Positions 63,706 through 64,000 of a DNA stretch of 64,000 nt are shown here, piece after piece (the first letter of the stretch is position 1; each line of letters begins with the position of its first letter). The DNA lies in the NCBI RefSeq assembly GCF_009914755.1, contig NC_060937.1, one strand, 5' to 3'. The notes under the pieces were generated by a model. The model had not been told where the DNA came from. It did no database searches and saw only the letters and a list, made by a program, of their open reading frames with translations. Both the position numbers and the translations under genes were made by a program. Source of the stretch: the human T2T-CHM13v2.0 reference genome, Homo sapiens.

Positions 63706-64000
63706 TGTTCTGAAAGTATTTCCAAATGAAGAGTTTCCAAAAGTTTTTGAGCATTTGTTGCCATAAAGCATATTATTTGTCCATTTTCACACTGTGCAGA
63801 CAACACCACTTATTTTGATGAACAAGTTTCCAGGGACTTTGTTTTGTGGAATGATTTATGATCAATTCTGCTGCAATGCTTACTTCTTAAACACAAATTA
63901 GCTCATATCTGATTGTGAAATGAAAGAATGATGTTTGTGTCCAGAAATTTTGTGACTGCTTCTGTCATTTTCCTGAGCACATTTTTTTTTCATGCAATCA

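Overview
This is primate, almost certainly human, non-coding DNA: a textbook AluYa5 sits at 7552-7863. It is dominated by interspersed repeats, and I can support no intact protein-coding gene, RNA gene or CRISPR array. Every recognisable long ORF comes from decayed LINE-1 or HERV-L. Main elements: a hAT (Zaphod/MER115-like) element carrying nested Alus (4.9-7.0 kb); a minus-strand HERV-L/MLT2A provirus (11.8-20.7 kb) interrupted by an L1PA and then partly deleted; an old L1M with nested Tigger2, Alu-in-Alu and MER1B (20.9-26.1 kb); and two tandem plus-strand L1PA copies (26.3-30.8 kb internally deleted; 32.07-38.2 kb full length). There are also many MaLR LTR, L2 and MIR fragments. Best observations: (1) a ~430 bp gene-conversion tract shared by the two neighbouring L1s; (2) a probable short 3' transduction on the full-length L1; (3) an MLT2A LTR promoter remnant fused by deletion to antisense L1; (4) a CpG-preserving THE1/MST LTR beside a CpG-rich patch with a donor/acceptor/24-nt micro-exon arrangement. 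I found no convincing new biological system. Subfamily names come from recalled consensus sequences and need RepeatMasker/Dfam confirmation; boundaries of old elements are approximate.
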